A stretch of 64,000 bases of DNA from Acidimicrobiales bacterium (GTDB lineage Bacteria > Actinomycetota > Acidimicrobiia > Acidimicrobiales > SZUA-35). Below the pieces are notes generated by a model, which searched no databases, was not told where the DNA came from, and worked only from the letters and a program-made list of their open reading frames with translations. Positions 1 through 9,506 of the stretch are shown piece by piece (position 1 is the stretch's first letter; each line of letters starts with the position of its first letter). Both the position numbers and the translations under genes were made by a program. The stretch is from assembly GCA_965216655.1 (NCBI GenBank), contig CBDCGP010000056.1:68782-132781 (forward strand), read 5' to 3'.

Positions 1-1
1 G

Positions 2-1765
2 CTGGTCGACGGGTTGCGAACCACGATCGCCATGGGATTCGGCGTCGCCATCGGCCGTCTGGTGATCCCGGTCCTCATCGAGCAGACGATCGACAACGGG
101 ATCGCCGTCGACGAGGCCGGCACGGCCAGCGGCGCAACGACCGGCGTCGTCGACCTGTCCTACGTCGCCCGCTCGGCGGTGATCGCCTTCCTGGTCATCC
201 TGGCGTCCGCGATCGTCAGCTGGCGGGCCCAACGTCGTCTCGTGCGCCAGGCCGAGCTGGCCATCACCAACCTTCGAATCCGCACCTTCGATCGCATCCA
301 CCGGTTCTCCATCGCCGATCACAACGAAACCCGCAAGGGTCTCCTCGTGTCGCGGGTCACCAGCGACGCCGAGACACTGGCCCGGTTCGCCCAGTGGGGT
401 ATGTACGTGTGGTCGATCGACCCGGTGATGATGCTCGGCATTCTGGCCGTCCTGACCTACTACTCGTGGCAGCTCGCTCTCGTCGTGCTCGTCGTCCATC
501 TGCCTGTCGTTCCGTTGTTGCGCTGGGTGCAGCGCCGGCAGATCACGGTCTACGACGCCTACCGGAATCGGGTGTCCGACATGCTGGCCGCGTTCTCCGA
601 GATGATCACGGGGACGCCGGTGGTCCGGGCCTACGGGGCCGAGGAGCGGTTCCGCGCCGAGCTCGACACGGCCATCGGCGCCCGCTACCGCACTCGGATG
701 CGGGCCAACAGCTACATGGCGTCGCTGTTCGTGATCGGAGACATCTTCGGGGCACTCTCGATGGCCGCCGTGCTTGTCATCGGGCTGTGGCAGCGGCAGG
801 CCTGGGGCCTCGATGCCGGGGATCTGGTGGCCGTCATGTTCCTCGCCAACCTGGTGCGGGAGCCGATCGGGTCGATCTCGGAGGTCTTGGACCAGACTCA
901 GGTGGCCGCCGCCTCCTGGAACAAGATCCTGTCCGTTCTCGACCACCCGATCGGGGTCGCCGAACCGTCCGACGACGAGGCCGTCGACCTGCCGCTCGGC
1001 CCGCTCGCCGTGCGTGCCGATCACGTCGACTTCGACTACGGAGACGGCGAGCGGGCGCTGACCGATGTGTCGGTTTCGATCCCGCCGGGGGTCAACGTCG
1101 CCGTGGTCGGGGAGACCGGATCGGGCAAGACGACGTTCGCCAAGCTCCTGTGCCGTCTGGCCGACCCGACCGACGGACGGATCCTCCTGGCCGATACCGA
1201 TCTCCGATCCGTGTCGGCCCGCTCGCGGATCCGGTCGGTTCGGATGGTGCCACAGGACGGCTTTCTGTTCGCGGGAACGATCGCCGAGAACGTCTCGTTC
1301 GGAGCCGATGGTGCCACGGACGCCGACATCGTCTCCGCCTTCGAACGCCTCGGCCTCGGGTGGTGGCTCGACAAGCACGGCCTCGATACCGAGGTGGGGG
1401 AGCGGGGCGAGAATCTGTCGGTCGGCGAACGCCAACTGGTCGCGCTGGCCCGGGCTCAGCTGGCCGACCCGGGTCTGTTGATCCTCGATGAGGCGACGTC
1501 GGCGGTCGATCCGGAGACCGACCAGGCCCTCACCCAGGCACTGCAACGGTTGGCCGAGGGCCGCACCATGGTGTCGATCGCCCACCGGCTGTCGACCGCC
1601 GAGGTCGCCGATCTGGTGTTGGTCTTCGACCGGAGTCGGCTGGTCGACGTCGGCCCCCACTCCGAGCTGGTCGCCCGCGGATCCGGGGTCTATCACGGCC
1701 TCCATCAGGCGTGGCTGGGCAATACCAGGACCGGGCCGATCCCGGCCGGTGAAGTCAGCAGCTGA
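2..1765 (+). CDS. ABC exporter, fused permease/ATP-binding protein; 5' end lies outside the window
   Basis: The frame is open back to base 2, so the listed TTG at 14 is internal. The N-terminal half is hydrophobic. The C-terminal NBD has Walker A GETGSGKTT, signature LSVGERQ and Walker B LLILDEATSAVD. Confidence 0.9.
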   Translation: MVDGLRTTIAMGFGVAIGRLVIPVLIEQTIDNGIAVDEAGTASGATTGVVDLSYVARSAVIAFLVILASAIVSWRAQRRLVRQAELAITNLRIRTFDRIHRFSIADHNETRKGLLVSRVTSDAETLARFAQWGMYVWSIDPVMMLGILAVLTYYSWQLALVVLVVHLPVVPLLRWVQRRQITVYDAYRNRVSDMLAAFSEMITGTPVVRAYGAEERFRAELDTAIGARYRTRMRANSYMASLFVIGDIFGALSMAAVLVIGLWQRQAWGLDAGDLVAVMFLANLVREPIGSISEVLDQTQVAAASWNKILSVLDHPIGVAEPSDDEAVDLPLGPLAVRADHVDFDYGDGERALTDVSVSIPPGVNVAVVGETGSGKTTFAKLLCRLADPTDGRILLADTDLRSVSARSRIRSVRMVPQDGFLFAGTIAENVSFGADGATDADIVSAFERLGLGWWLDKHGLDTEVGERGENLSVGERQLVALARAQLADPGLLILDEATSAVDPETDQALTQALQRLAEGRTMVSIAHRLSTAEVADLVLVFDRSRLVDVGPHSELVARGSGVYHGLHQAWLGNTRTGPIPAGEVSS

Positions 1766-2555
1766 GATCGAGAATCAGTGGAGCGTGGTCGGACGGCCGG
1801 TCGGCCGCCCGGGCCTCCCGGTCGACGTGGCAGCCTTCGATCTGCGGCCAGAGCGGCGGTGAGATCAGCGCCAGGTCGATCCGCAGGCCCCGGTCGTCGG
1901 CCAGAACCTGCCGGTAGTTCCACCACGTGAACTGCGGGGTGTCGGGATGAAGGGCACGGGCCGCGTCGACGAAGCCGAGATCGTACAGCGCCGCAATCGC
2001 CGCCCGTTCCGGCGGTGACGCATGTTTTCGTCCTCGCCACCGGCGGGGGTCGTAGACATCGGCGTCGGTCGGAGCCACGTTGAAGTCACCGGCCACGATG
2101 GCGGGCGTCGTCGGCCAGTCCCTGATGACGGCTTCGCCCCGCAGGCGTTCCAGCCATACGAGCTTGTACAGATAGTGGGGGTCGTCGAGCGCTCGGCCGT
2201 TGGGGACGTACACCGAAGCCACGGTGAGCGGCTGCTTGGCGTCGCCGACCTCGGCCGTGATCAGCCGGGCTTCGTCGAACGGCTGTTGTTGCCGCCCCCG
2301 GAAACCGCGTTCGACCGAGCGCAGGCCGATCCGCGAGGCGATCGCCACGCCGTTCCTTTGGTTGTGGCCGTGGTGGGCCACCGCGTATCCCCGCGCCGAG
2401 AAGAGGTCGTCCTGCACCTCTTCGAACTGCTCATCACGGCACTTCGTCTCCTGCAGGAGGACGACGTCGACCTGGCACCGGTCGAGCCAGCGGCCGACGA
2501 GTTCTGCCCGGGAGCGGAGTGAGTTGACGTTCCAGGTGGCGACGCGCATCGTCAC
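1755..2555 (-). CDS. xthA: Exodeoxyribonuclease III (AP endonuclease, EEP fold)
   Basis: [16 protein letters not shown]...VVLLQETK...GDFNVAP...[10 protein letters not shown] are typical ExoIII motifs; 266 aa. Overlaps the convergent ABC gene by 11 nt. Confidence 0.9.
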   Translation of the reverse strand: MTMRVATWNVNSLRSRAELVGRWLDRCQVDVVLLQETKCRDEQFEEVQDDLFSARGYAVAHHGHNQRNGVAIASRIGLRSVERGFRGRQQQPFDEARLITAEVGDAKQPLTVASVYVPNGRALDDPHYLYKLVWLERLRGEAVIRDWPTTPAIVAGDFNVAPTDADVYDPRRWRGRKHASPPERAAIAALYDLGFVDAARALHPDTPQFTWWNYRQVLADDRGLRIDLALISPPLWPQIEGCHVDREARAADRPSDHAPLILDLSC

Positions 2556-2680
2556 ACACGATACGAGGGCGGCCGTCTCGCCCCTTGGCTCGCCCGACGG
2601 TGAGCCGCCGCTCGGCCTGGTCAGCCGCTACGCTCGGGCGGGGAAACCACCGAAACGTCGGTGAGAAGGAGTTCGAGATC

Positions 2681-3673
2681 GTGTCCACAACGCCCGCCCG
2701 AGTCACCGTCACCGGCGCCGCCGGCCAGATCGGCTACAGCCTTCTGTTCCGCATCGCCTCCGGGCACCTGCTCGGACCCGATCGGCCGGTGATCCTGCAG
2801 ATGCTCGAGATCACGCCGGCACTCGGCGCGCTCGACGGTGTGGCCATGGAGCTGGAGGACTGTGCGTTCCCGCTGCTCGCCGGCATGGTCAAGACCGACG
2901 ACGCCGACGTTGCGTTCGGCGATGCCGATTACGCACTGCTCGTCGGCGCCATGCCCCGCAAGGCCGGTATGGAGCGCGCCGATCTGCTGGAAGCCAACGG
3001 CGGAATCTTCGGTCCGCAGGGCAAGGCGATCAACGACAGCGCGAACAAAGCCATCAAGGTGCTGGTTGTCGGCAACCCGGCCAACACCAACGCGCTCATC
3101 GCCATGCACGCCGCCCCCGACATCGACCCCCGCCAGTTCAACGCCATGACCCGCCTCGACCACAACCGGGCCATGAGCCAGCTCTCGGCCAAGGTCGACC
3201 GGCCGGTCACCGACATCAAGAAGATGACGATCTGGGGCAACCATTCGAGCACCCAGTACCCCGATCTCTTCCACTGCGAGGTCGGCGGAACGAACGCCGC
3301 CGAGATGGTCGGTGATCAGGCCTGGATCGAGAACGACTTCATCCCGACCGTGGCCAAGCGTGGTGCAGCCATCATCGAGGCCCGAGGTGCCTCGTCGGCC
3401 GCCTCCGCGGCCAATGCGGCGATCGATCACATGCACGACTGGGCGCTCGGAACCCCCGACGGCGACTGGGTGTCGATGTCGGTGCCGTCCGACGGATCCT
3501 ACGACGTACCGGAGGGCATCATCTCCAGCTTCCCGTGCACGGTGACCGACGGTGAGTACTCGATCGTCGGGGGCCTCGACATCGACGACTTCAGCCGGGC
3601 CCGCATCGACGCCTCGGCGGCGGAGCTGGTCGAGGAACGCGACACGGTCAAGGATCTCGGCCTGATCTCCTGA
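2681..3673 (+). CDS. mdh: Malate dehydrogenase (LDH-like type)
   Basis: [21 protein letters not shown] Rossmann motif, [34 protein letters not shown]. Start trimmed to the in-frame GTG at 2681, 9 nt after AAGGAG (2666-2671). The 2585 start would add an Arg-rich extension unrelated to Mdh. Confidence 0.9.
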   Translation: MSTTPARVTVTGAAGQIGYSLLFRIASGHLLGPDRPVILQMLEITPALGALDGVAMELEDCAFPLLAGMVKTDDADVAFGDADYALLVGAMPRKAGMERADLLEANGGIFGPQGKAINDSANKAIKVLVVGNPANTNALIAMHAAPDIDPRQFNAMTRLDHNRAMSQLSAKVDRPVTDIKKMTIWGNHSSTQYPDLFHCEVGGTNAAEMVGDQAWIENDFIPTVAKRGAAIIEARGASSAASAANAAIDHMHDWALGTPDGDWVSMSVPSDGSYDVPEGIISSFPCTVTDGEYSIVGGLDIDDFSRARIDASAAELVEERDTVKDLGLIS

Positions 3674-3685
3674 CCCCATCGTTCT

Positions 3686-3785
3686 GTGCGCCCCAGCCCT
3701 CACTTTCGAGGCGCTGGGCGCACGGTTGACGGGCCCGTTGCTTCGGTGCGCTCCAGCCACCAGTTCCGAGGCGTGGGGCGCACGG
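3686..3785. repeat. Two tandem copies (3686-3725, 3746-3785; 60-nt period) of a 40-nt hairpin-forming element between convergent mdh and nei
   Basis: Copy 1 is GTGCGCCCCAGCCCTCACTTTCGAGGCGCTGGGCGCACGG and copy 2 is GTGCGCTCCAGCCACCAGTTCCGAGGCGTGGGGCGCACGG. In each, the GTGCGC..CAGC arm pairs with the GC..GGGCGCAC arm. Confidence 0.6.
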
Positions 3786-3796
3786 AACGACAGGGG

Positions 3797-4666
3797 CTAC
3801 TTGAGGAATTTGCTGGTCGTGTTGTCGGCGAGGATCTTTCCGTCGGTCTGCTCCGTCGGGCAGTAGAAGACGGTGTAGCGCCGGTATTCGACGGTGCGGA
3901 TCGTGTCGTCGCAGCCGAGGCAGGATTCGTCGGCCCGGTTGTGCACCTTCGACGGTCGATCGGCGCTCCTGCCGATGTCGTCGAGGGTTCGCTCATGCTC
4001 GGTGGCGGCCTCGACGACGGAGCCGATGGCAGCGTGCAGCCGGTCGATCTCCGCGTTGTCGAGCTTCGACGCGTTGGCGAACGGCGACAGCTTCGCCTCG
4101 TAGCAGATCTCGTTGGCCAGCATTCGACCGAGCCCGGCGATCACCGACTGCTCCCGGAGTAATCCGTGGATCCGGCGCGAGTGGTCGGCCAGCAGCCCGG
4201 CCAGCTCGCTGCGATCGAGCTCGGTGGCCTCGGGCCCGAGGCGGTCGAGTGGTTCCTCGGGCAGCGGATCGCCGTCGACCACCCAGATGCCCGCCTTGCG
4301 TTCGCTGCCGGCCTCCGTGAGGAGCCAGGCCTGGTCGTCGCCGTCGGAGTCTCCGTCGCCGTCGGAGCCGGCGAAGATCCAGCGGGCGAGACCGAACCTC
4401 GGTTTCCGAGAACGTTTCTCATCGGGGCGGAGACGTCCGCCCTGCATGAGGTGGACGACATGATGATGGCCGTTGTCGAACTCCATGATCAGATACTTCG
4501 CCCGCCGCTTGACCGCCACCAGGCGGTGTCCGACAGCCCCATCGGGAGGCGGGTTGAACGTCTTGAGCACGGCGAAGTTCAGCGGCTCGAATCGGCTGAG
4601 TTCCCGACCCGCCAGGGCGTCGGTCAGCCGTTCGCAGTGGGCCTGCACCTCCGGGATCTCCGGCAT
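3797..4666 (-). CDS. Fpg/Nei-family DNA glycosylase/AP lyase
   Basis: Starts MPEIPEVQ (catalytic Pro2/Glu3). Helix-two-turn-helix region LLREQSVIAGLGRMLANEICYEAKLSP. C-terminal zinc-finger-like CLGC-x16-CPTEQ. Confidence 0.85.
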   Translation of the reverse strand: MPEIPEVQAHCERLTDALAGRELSRFEPLNFAVLKTFNPPPDGAVGHRLVAVKRRAKYLIMEFDNGHHHVVHLMQGGRLRPDEKRSRKPRFGLARWIFAGSDGDGDSDGDDQAWLLTEAGSERKAGIWVVDGDPLPEEPLDRLGPEATELDRSELAGLLADHSRRIHGLLREQSVIAGLGRMLANEICYEAKLSPFANASKLDNAEIDRLHAAIGSVVEAATEHERTLDDIGRSADRPSKVHNRADESCLGCDDTIRTVEYRRYTVFYCPTEQTDGKILADNTTSKFLK

Positions 4667-4708
4667 GACGATCAGGCTAGCCCGGCCGTCACCCCATCGT
4701 TCGACCGG

Positions 4709-5116
4709 TCAGTAGCGGGTGCGAGCTCGTAGATCGCCGAGGCGGTCCTCGATCTCGGCCAGCTGAGCCTGGTTGCCGAGCAGCGCGGTGGTGTCGCCGC
4801 CGAGCCGCACGTGGCCGTCGAGGAACGCCCGCTGGGCGCCGATCTCGCCCCGAGCGATCGCGGCGGCCACGTCGTAGGCCATGGTGAGGCTGACGTCGCC
4901 GCCGGCCGCCCCGTCGGGCTCAGCGGCGAGAATGTGGACCCGGGCCGGGCCCAGCACGAGTCGATAGCTGACATCGGCCCGGTCCCGGGACAAGCCGTGT
5001 ACGTTCACCGCGACGGTCACCGCGCTCGGTATCGGGGTGAGCGCGGCCACGGCGTCGTCGGCCTCCCGGAACCATTCGGCACTCAGGTAGTCGACCGATT
5101 CGCCGGTGGCCGTCAT
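4709..5116 (-). CDS. SCP2 (sterol-carrier-like) domain protein
   Basis: 135 aa. SAEWFREADDAV... and ...IARGEIGAQRAFLDGHVRLGGDTTALL match the SCP2 C-terminal pattern. Its ATG overlaps the upstream GTPase stop (ATGA at 5113-5116). Confidence 0.7.
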   Translation of the reverse strand: MTATGESVDYLSAEWFREADDAVAALTPIPSAVTVAVNVHGLSRDRADVSYRLVLGPARVHILAAEPDGAAGGDVSLTMAYDVAAAIARGEIGAQRAFLDGHVRLGGDTTALLGNQAQLAEIEDRLGDLRARTRY

Positions 5117-6759
5117 GGCGCCCGTCCTGCTGCGGTGGTGAGAAGCGTCCGAAGCCTGCTGCGTACCTCGAGCTCCCGATCGACGGGCTCGATGACGAGT
5201 TCGCGGGTGAGGTCGGCCACGTCCTCCTGGGCCCGGCGTCGCACCGCGGCGGCTCGTCGTCGGGCGCCAACCGCCACGAGCCGGCGAAAGACGACGGCCA
5301 GCACCAAGCCGAGGATCAGGCCGCCGACGACCATCGCCGTGGGATAGGGGATCTGCGTGTCGGCGATGTCCGGTGTCGGGACATCAGGCAGTCGGAGATA
5401 GGCGCCGAACGCCAGCAACGCCAGCCAGACCGCTCCGGCGACGGCGGTGAGGGCCAGTGCGAGTTGCACCGCGTTGGCGGCCGTCCACCAGCGGGGCGAA
5501 CGGCTGCCGCCGGTGGCTCTGACCGCTTCGCTCACCACCGAGTCGAGGCGCTGGTCGAGCATGGCCTGGTCGGGCGTGCCCGCCCGGCGGATCCGCTCGG
5601 GCCAGGGCTCAGGAAGATCGGTGCTCACCACGGCCAGTGCCTGGCGGACGGCGTTTTCGGAGCGGGCGACCTGTATCCCGGACGGTTTGGGCAGCGAGGA
5701 CCGCCCACTCGAACCCTGGCCGAGGTGCAGGCGGCGAAGCGGATGCGGGCGCAGGCGTCGGGCCCAACGGGTGAACGGCCAGCCGACACGGCTGGACGCG
5801 TCACGGGCATGGCCTGCGGCCACGGCGTCGGTGACCACGGCGATGCCCGAGGCGCCGACCAATTCCGCCGCGAGCCGGTCGGTGACGCGGGCGGGCACGG
5901 CGTCGGGTCCGGCGGCCGGGCCGAGGTCGTCGAGAAGCGCCGAGGTCACGGCGGAGACGTCGGCGGCCAGCCGCTCGACCATGGCGTTGCGTTCGGCCAC
6001 CGCTTCGGCCAGCAGCGAACGAAGCTCGGCCATTCCCTGGCCGGTGGCGGCCGAAACCGCCAGCACCGGTGCCTGGGTGAGTCCGTCGGCGGCCAGAAGG
6101 CGTTGCAGATCGACCACGCACGCCTTGGCATCGGCTTCCGACAGCAGGTCGACCTTGTTGAGCACCATCGCGGTGACCGCTCCGTGGTGGGCCAGGCGCC
6201 GAAGGTACTCGTGCATCGCCTTGTCGCCGTACTTCTCGGCGTCGGTCACCCAGAGCAACAGATCGGCGTGGTCGGCGATACGTTCCATCTCCAGTCGATG
6301 GCCCACCTCGACCGAGTCGTGGTCGGGAACGTCGAGCAGCACCAATCCGTCGAGAGCGGAACCGGACGAGCCGTCGTCGGTCGTAGAACCCCCCGAGCCC
6401 GTGACCTTATGCCGGTTGGCGACCTCCAACCAGTCGAGCAGCGGTTGGGGGTCGTCGGGCCCCCAGTAGCAGGCCAGCGTGCTCGACGTCGTCGGGCGCC
6501 GCACGCCGGTGGTCGCCACGTCGGAGCCCACCAGGGCGTTGGCCAACGAGGACTTCCCGCCCCCGGTGGCGCCGAGTAGGGCGACGAGCGTGTGGGCCGT
6601 TCCGTGACGCAGCCGCTCACGGGACTTGGCCACCGTCTGGCCGGCCGACTCGAGGCGGTCGGGCGGGAGCCGACCGTCGCCCAGTGCGATCGCCTCGTCC
6701 AGTGCGTCGAGTCGGTCGGCGAGATCGACATCGTGCCGACCGAGGCGTTTCAGCTTCAT
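5113..6759 (-). CDS. Dynamin-like/HSR1-type GTPase with C-terminal transmembrane hairpin
   Basis: P-loop LLGATGGGKSSLANALVG, G3 LLDVPDHDS, G4 VLNKVDLL. Two hydrophobic helices lie near the C-terminus (WWTAANAVQLALALTAVAGAVWLALLAF; AMVVGGLILGLVLAVVF). ATGA overlap with the upstream paralogue. Confidence 0.8.
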   Translation of the reverse strand: MKLKRLGRHDVDLADRLDALDEAIALGDGRLPPDRLESAGQTVAKSRERLRHGTAHTLVALLGATGGGKSSLANALVGSDVATTGVRRPTTSSTLACYWGPDDPQPLLDWLEVANRHKVTGSGGSTTDDGSSGSALDGLVLLDVPDHDSVEVGHRLEMERIADHADLLLWVTDAEKYGDKAMHEYLRRLAHHGAVTAMVLNKVDLLSEADAKACVVDLQRLLAADGLTQAPVLAVSAATGQGMAELRSLLAEAVAERNAMVERLAADVSAVTSALLDDLGPAAGPDAVPARVTDRLAAELVGASGIAVVTDAVAAGHARDASSRVGWPFTRWARRLRPHPLRRLHLGQGSSGRSSLPKPSGIQVARSENAVRQALAVVSTDLPEPWPERIRRAGTPDQAMLDQRLDSVVSEAVRATGGSRSPRWWTAANAVQLALALTAVAGAVWLALLAFGAYLRLPDVPTPDIADTQIPYPTAMVVGGLILGLVLAVVFRRLVAVGARRRAAAVRRRAQEDVADLTRELVIEPVDRELEVRSRLRTLLTTAAGRAP

Positions 6760-8468
6760 CGGCTGCGCTCGAACCGGTCGAGTGCGGCGCGGAGGTCGTC
6801 GACGGTGCCGCCTTCCCCGACCAGCGCCGTCAACCGGGACCGGAAGCGATCGGCGTCGGCGTCCAACAGCGTATCGATCCGGTTGAGCAGCATCCGTTGT
6901 GCCTCGGCGGCCAGCTCCCGTACCGCCTGCTCGCCGAACAAGGCGCTGAGCAGGGTCTGGGAGATCCCCGCCGTTCCGGCACCGATGGCCACCTCCGCCC
7001 CGGTGAGACCTGCGGTCTGGGCGAAGATGACGAGCATCAGGGCGATACCAACGCTGTTGACACCGACGGCCAGGACCCGGGCGGTGGTTCGCTTGCTGGC
7101 CCCCTGCTCACGCACGAGTTCGAGGATGTCGTCCTGCCAGCCCTGGACCTCGGCGCCGACGCGGTCCCGAAAGGCGTCGGACGCCTGCTCCAACGTGCGG
7201 TCGTCGTCGAGCGCCTGTCGACCGCCGGGCAGGGTTCTCCAGGTCGTCGCGGTGGTCGAGGCGGCCCGGTCGGCGTGATCGATCAGCAGTTGTTCAAGGG
7301 TCGACGTGATCTCTCCCTGGACCTCCATCGTCTGGCCGGTCCGACCGGTGAGGAATGCGCCCAGCCGGTCCCTGATGAGTGAGATTCGTGACTGAACCGC
7401 TCGCATCAGCTCGGCCGTGCCGATGAGTTCCTGCCACCGCTCCAGCACCTCACCGCGGAGCAAGGTGCCCGAGCGGATGTCGGCGGCCAGCCGGCTGCGG
7501 GTGTCGTCGTAGGCCTGCTCGGTCGCTCCGAGGAGCTCGGACACGGCGCCCATCTGCTCGTCGCCGGCACTGATCACGACGTTCGTTCTCGGCCCGATGC
7601 TGTCCATCGCGCCGTCGAGCGTCCGCCGCACCACCTCGGACCGGCGTTCCGCATCGGTGGCCAGGCCGGTCAACAAACCGGTAAGGTCGGCGACGGCGTC
7701 CTCCGGCAGGGTCGTGACCTCGCCCGGTTGTTGTTCGATGGGGAACACGGCCACGTCGGTCAAGCCGGCGTCGGCCAGCATCGACGAGAAGTGTGACACG
7801 ATCTCACTGGTCGAGCCCGGTGGGATCCGGTTCACGATGCAGGCCAACGACGTGCCCCGGCTTTCGGCCTGCCGCAGGAAGTCCCAGGGAACGGCATCCG
7901 CGTAGCGAACGGCCGTGGTGGCGAACAGCCACAGATCGGCGGCCGACAGCAGCTGGGTCGCGAGCTCTCTGTTGGCTTCGGAGACCGAGTCGATGTCCGG
8001 AGCGTCGATCAGCGCCAGACCAGGTTGCAGCGAGTCGGTCGTGACCATGCGGAGGACCGTGCCGGTCGTGGTCGCCCCACCGCCGTTTCGACCGGTCACC
8101 CGCGGCAGGTCGGGGAGGACGTCGCCTCCCGCGAACCACTCGTTGTCGAAGGGGTTGCAGACGAGCACGGGAGAACGGGTCGTCGGGCGCAGGACGCCGG
8201 CCGGCGAGATCTCCTGGCCGACGATCGAGTTGGTGATCGTCGACTTGCCGGATCCGGTCGAGCCTCCGAGCACGACGAGCAGCGGTGCGTCGAGCCGTCG
8301 GAGCCTGGGAACGAGATAGTCGTCGATCTGGTGGGCCAACTCGTCGCGGACTCGCCGGGCCGACCTCACCGACCCGACGTCCAATTCCAGCGCTGTCGCC
8401 CGTAGTGTCTGGCCGAGTCCCTCGAGCTCTTCGGCTGTTTCCAGAGGGTTTGGTGACATCAGACTCAC
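6756..8468 (-). CDS. Dynamin-like/HSR1-type GTPase (paralogous partner)
   Basis: P-loop VLGGSTGSGKSTITNSIVG, ALIDAPDID, IVNRIPPG. Long helical stalk region. Hydrophobic segment VLAVGVNSVGIALMLVIFAQTAGL near the C-terminus. Confidence 0.8.
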   Translation of the reverse strand: MSLMSPNPLETAEELEGLGQTLRATALELDVGSVRSARRVRDELAHQIDDYLVPRLRRLDAPLLVVLGGSTGSGKSTITNSIVGQEISPAGVLRPTTRSPVLVCNPFDNEWFAGGDVLPDLPRVTGRNGGGATTTGTVLRMVTTDSLQPGLALIDAPDIDSVSEANRELATQLLSAADLWLFATTAVRYADAVPWDFLRQAESRGTSLACIVNRIPPGSTSEIVSHFSSMLADAGLTDVAVFPIEQQPGEVTTLPEDAVADLTGLLTGLATDAERRSEVVRRTLDGAMDSIGPRTNVVISAGDEQMGAVSELLGATEQAYDDTRSRLAADIRSGTLLRGEVLERWQELIGTAELMRAVQSRISLIRDRLGAFLTGRTGQTMEVQGEITSTLEQLLIDHADRAASTTATTWRTLPGGRQALDDDRTLEQASDAFRDRVGAEVQGWQDDILELVREQGASKRTTARVLAVGVNSVGIALMLVIFAQTAGLTGAEVAIGAGTAGISQTLLSALFGEQAVRELAAEAQRMLLNRIDTLLDADADRFRSRLTALVGEGGTVDDLRAALDRFERSR

Positions 8469-8783
8469 AAGGCTAATGGGATCGCACCATGGTGAACATC
8501 GTTACTGCTTCGATTTGGTGTCGTGTTGGTTGCAGGGCGGGCAAGTAGTTGAAAGTGGGATAATATGGGCGGAGCAATTTCGGCGAGGGGGGAAGTCGCA
8601 GCCAGCGATCGTCGACTATGCTGGATGATGATCGGCGCACCGGTCCGCTAGGGATGGGTCCCGATTGAAGTCTTGGAGATTTGATCGACTGAGGGAAAAA
8701 GTACGTAGTCGGTCCTGTTCGCAGGTCGGCGGCGGTTCAGTCGCCCGGACGGCCGCCGGCCTGCTCCTATCAGAACAGGTACC

Positions 8784-9470
8784 ATGTCCAAGACGTTCGG
8801 TGGGGCTGTCGTGAGCGACGGCCCTTTTCCGTTGTCCGATCCGGCGCTACCCGAGCCCGGCGGACGTGAAACCCATCGTTTGCTGATCGTGGGCGACGAC
8901 GGCGCTGTCGCCACATCGCTGGCCTTCCAGTTCGAGCAACGATCGGGGACCGCCGGGTTCCAGGCGGTCGTCTTCGGCCTCGAAACCGACGGGCCAGGCG
9001 CTTCGCTCCCGGTCGTGCTCACCACCACCGACGTCGTGCTCGGGCGGAGTTGGGAGCTTCGAACGTCGGGGCTGTGGGCCGAACAGGTCCGTGAGACGTC
9101 GTTCGAGCACTGGAGTTATGGACTCGAGGCGTTCGCCCTGGCCATCGATGAACCCGACGAACTGGTCCGGCGGGGATTCGGCCACCGTCTTCCCCTCGGG
9201 TGGGAGCTGGACTTCGTCGCCGTCGACCCCCCGACCGCGGCCGCCGACCACGGCTCCGGCTCGTTCGACCAGTGGGGAACGGTCGACGGGCTGCTCTTGT
9301 CACGCGACGGTGAGCGGGCGCTGAGCGGTCGGGCCCGACGCACGTACTGGACTGGGGACAGACCCTGCCATTCGGATCTCACCGACCTCGATCACAGCTC
9401 ACAGTCACAACCGGGATCAGTGGTGCTCCCCACGATGTGGGGACCGTGGACGGTTCGGTTGTCTCCCTGA
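8784..9470 (+). CDS. Hypothetical protein
   Basis: 228-aa ORF with GC-rich third positions like neighbouring genes. No motif recognised. Confidence 0.5.
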   Translation: MSKTFGGAVVSDGPFPLSDPALPEPGGRETHRLLIVGDDGAVATSLAFQFEQRSGTAGFQAVVFGLETDGPGASLPVVLTTTDVVLGRSWELRTSGLWAEQVRETSFEHWSYGLEAFALAIDEPDELVRRGFGHRLPLGWELDFVAVDPPTAAADHGSGSFDQWGTVDGLLLSRDGERALSGRARRTYWTGDRPCHSDLTDLDHSSQSQPGSVVLPTMWGPWTVRLSP

Positions 9471-9506
9471 CCAGATCGCAGGCACGACGAACAAAAGCTG
9501 TGAGGG

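Noticed and set aside
2621-3760. Long antisense or out-of-frame ORFs in the track, for example 2621-3760(-), 10689-11741(+), 13786-15615(+), 15680-17143(-), 18767-20125(+), 32110-33834(+), 36035-37111(-) and 37214-39205(-).
   Set aside because: Each lies entirely opposite or out of frame to a gene with strong family motifs. Their translations are Arg/Gly/Pro/Ala-rich with no motifs, the usual shadow ORFs of high-GC DNA.
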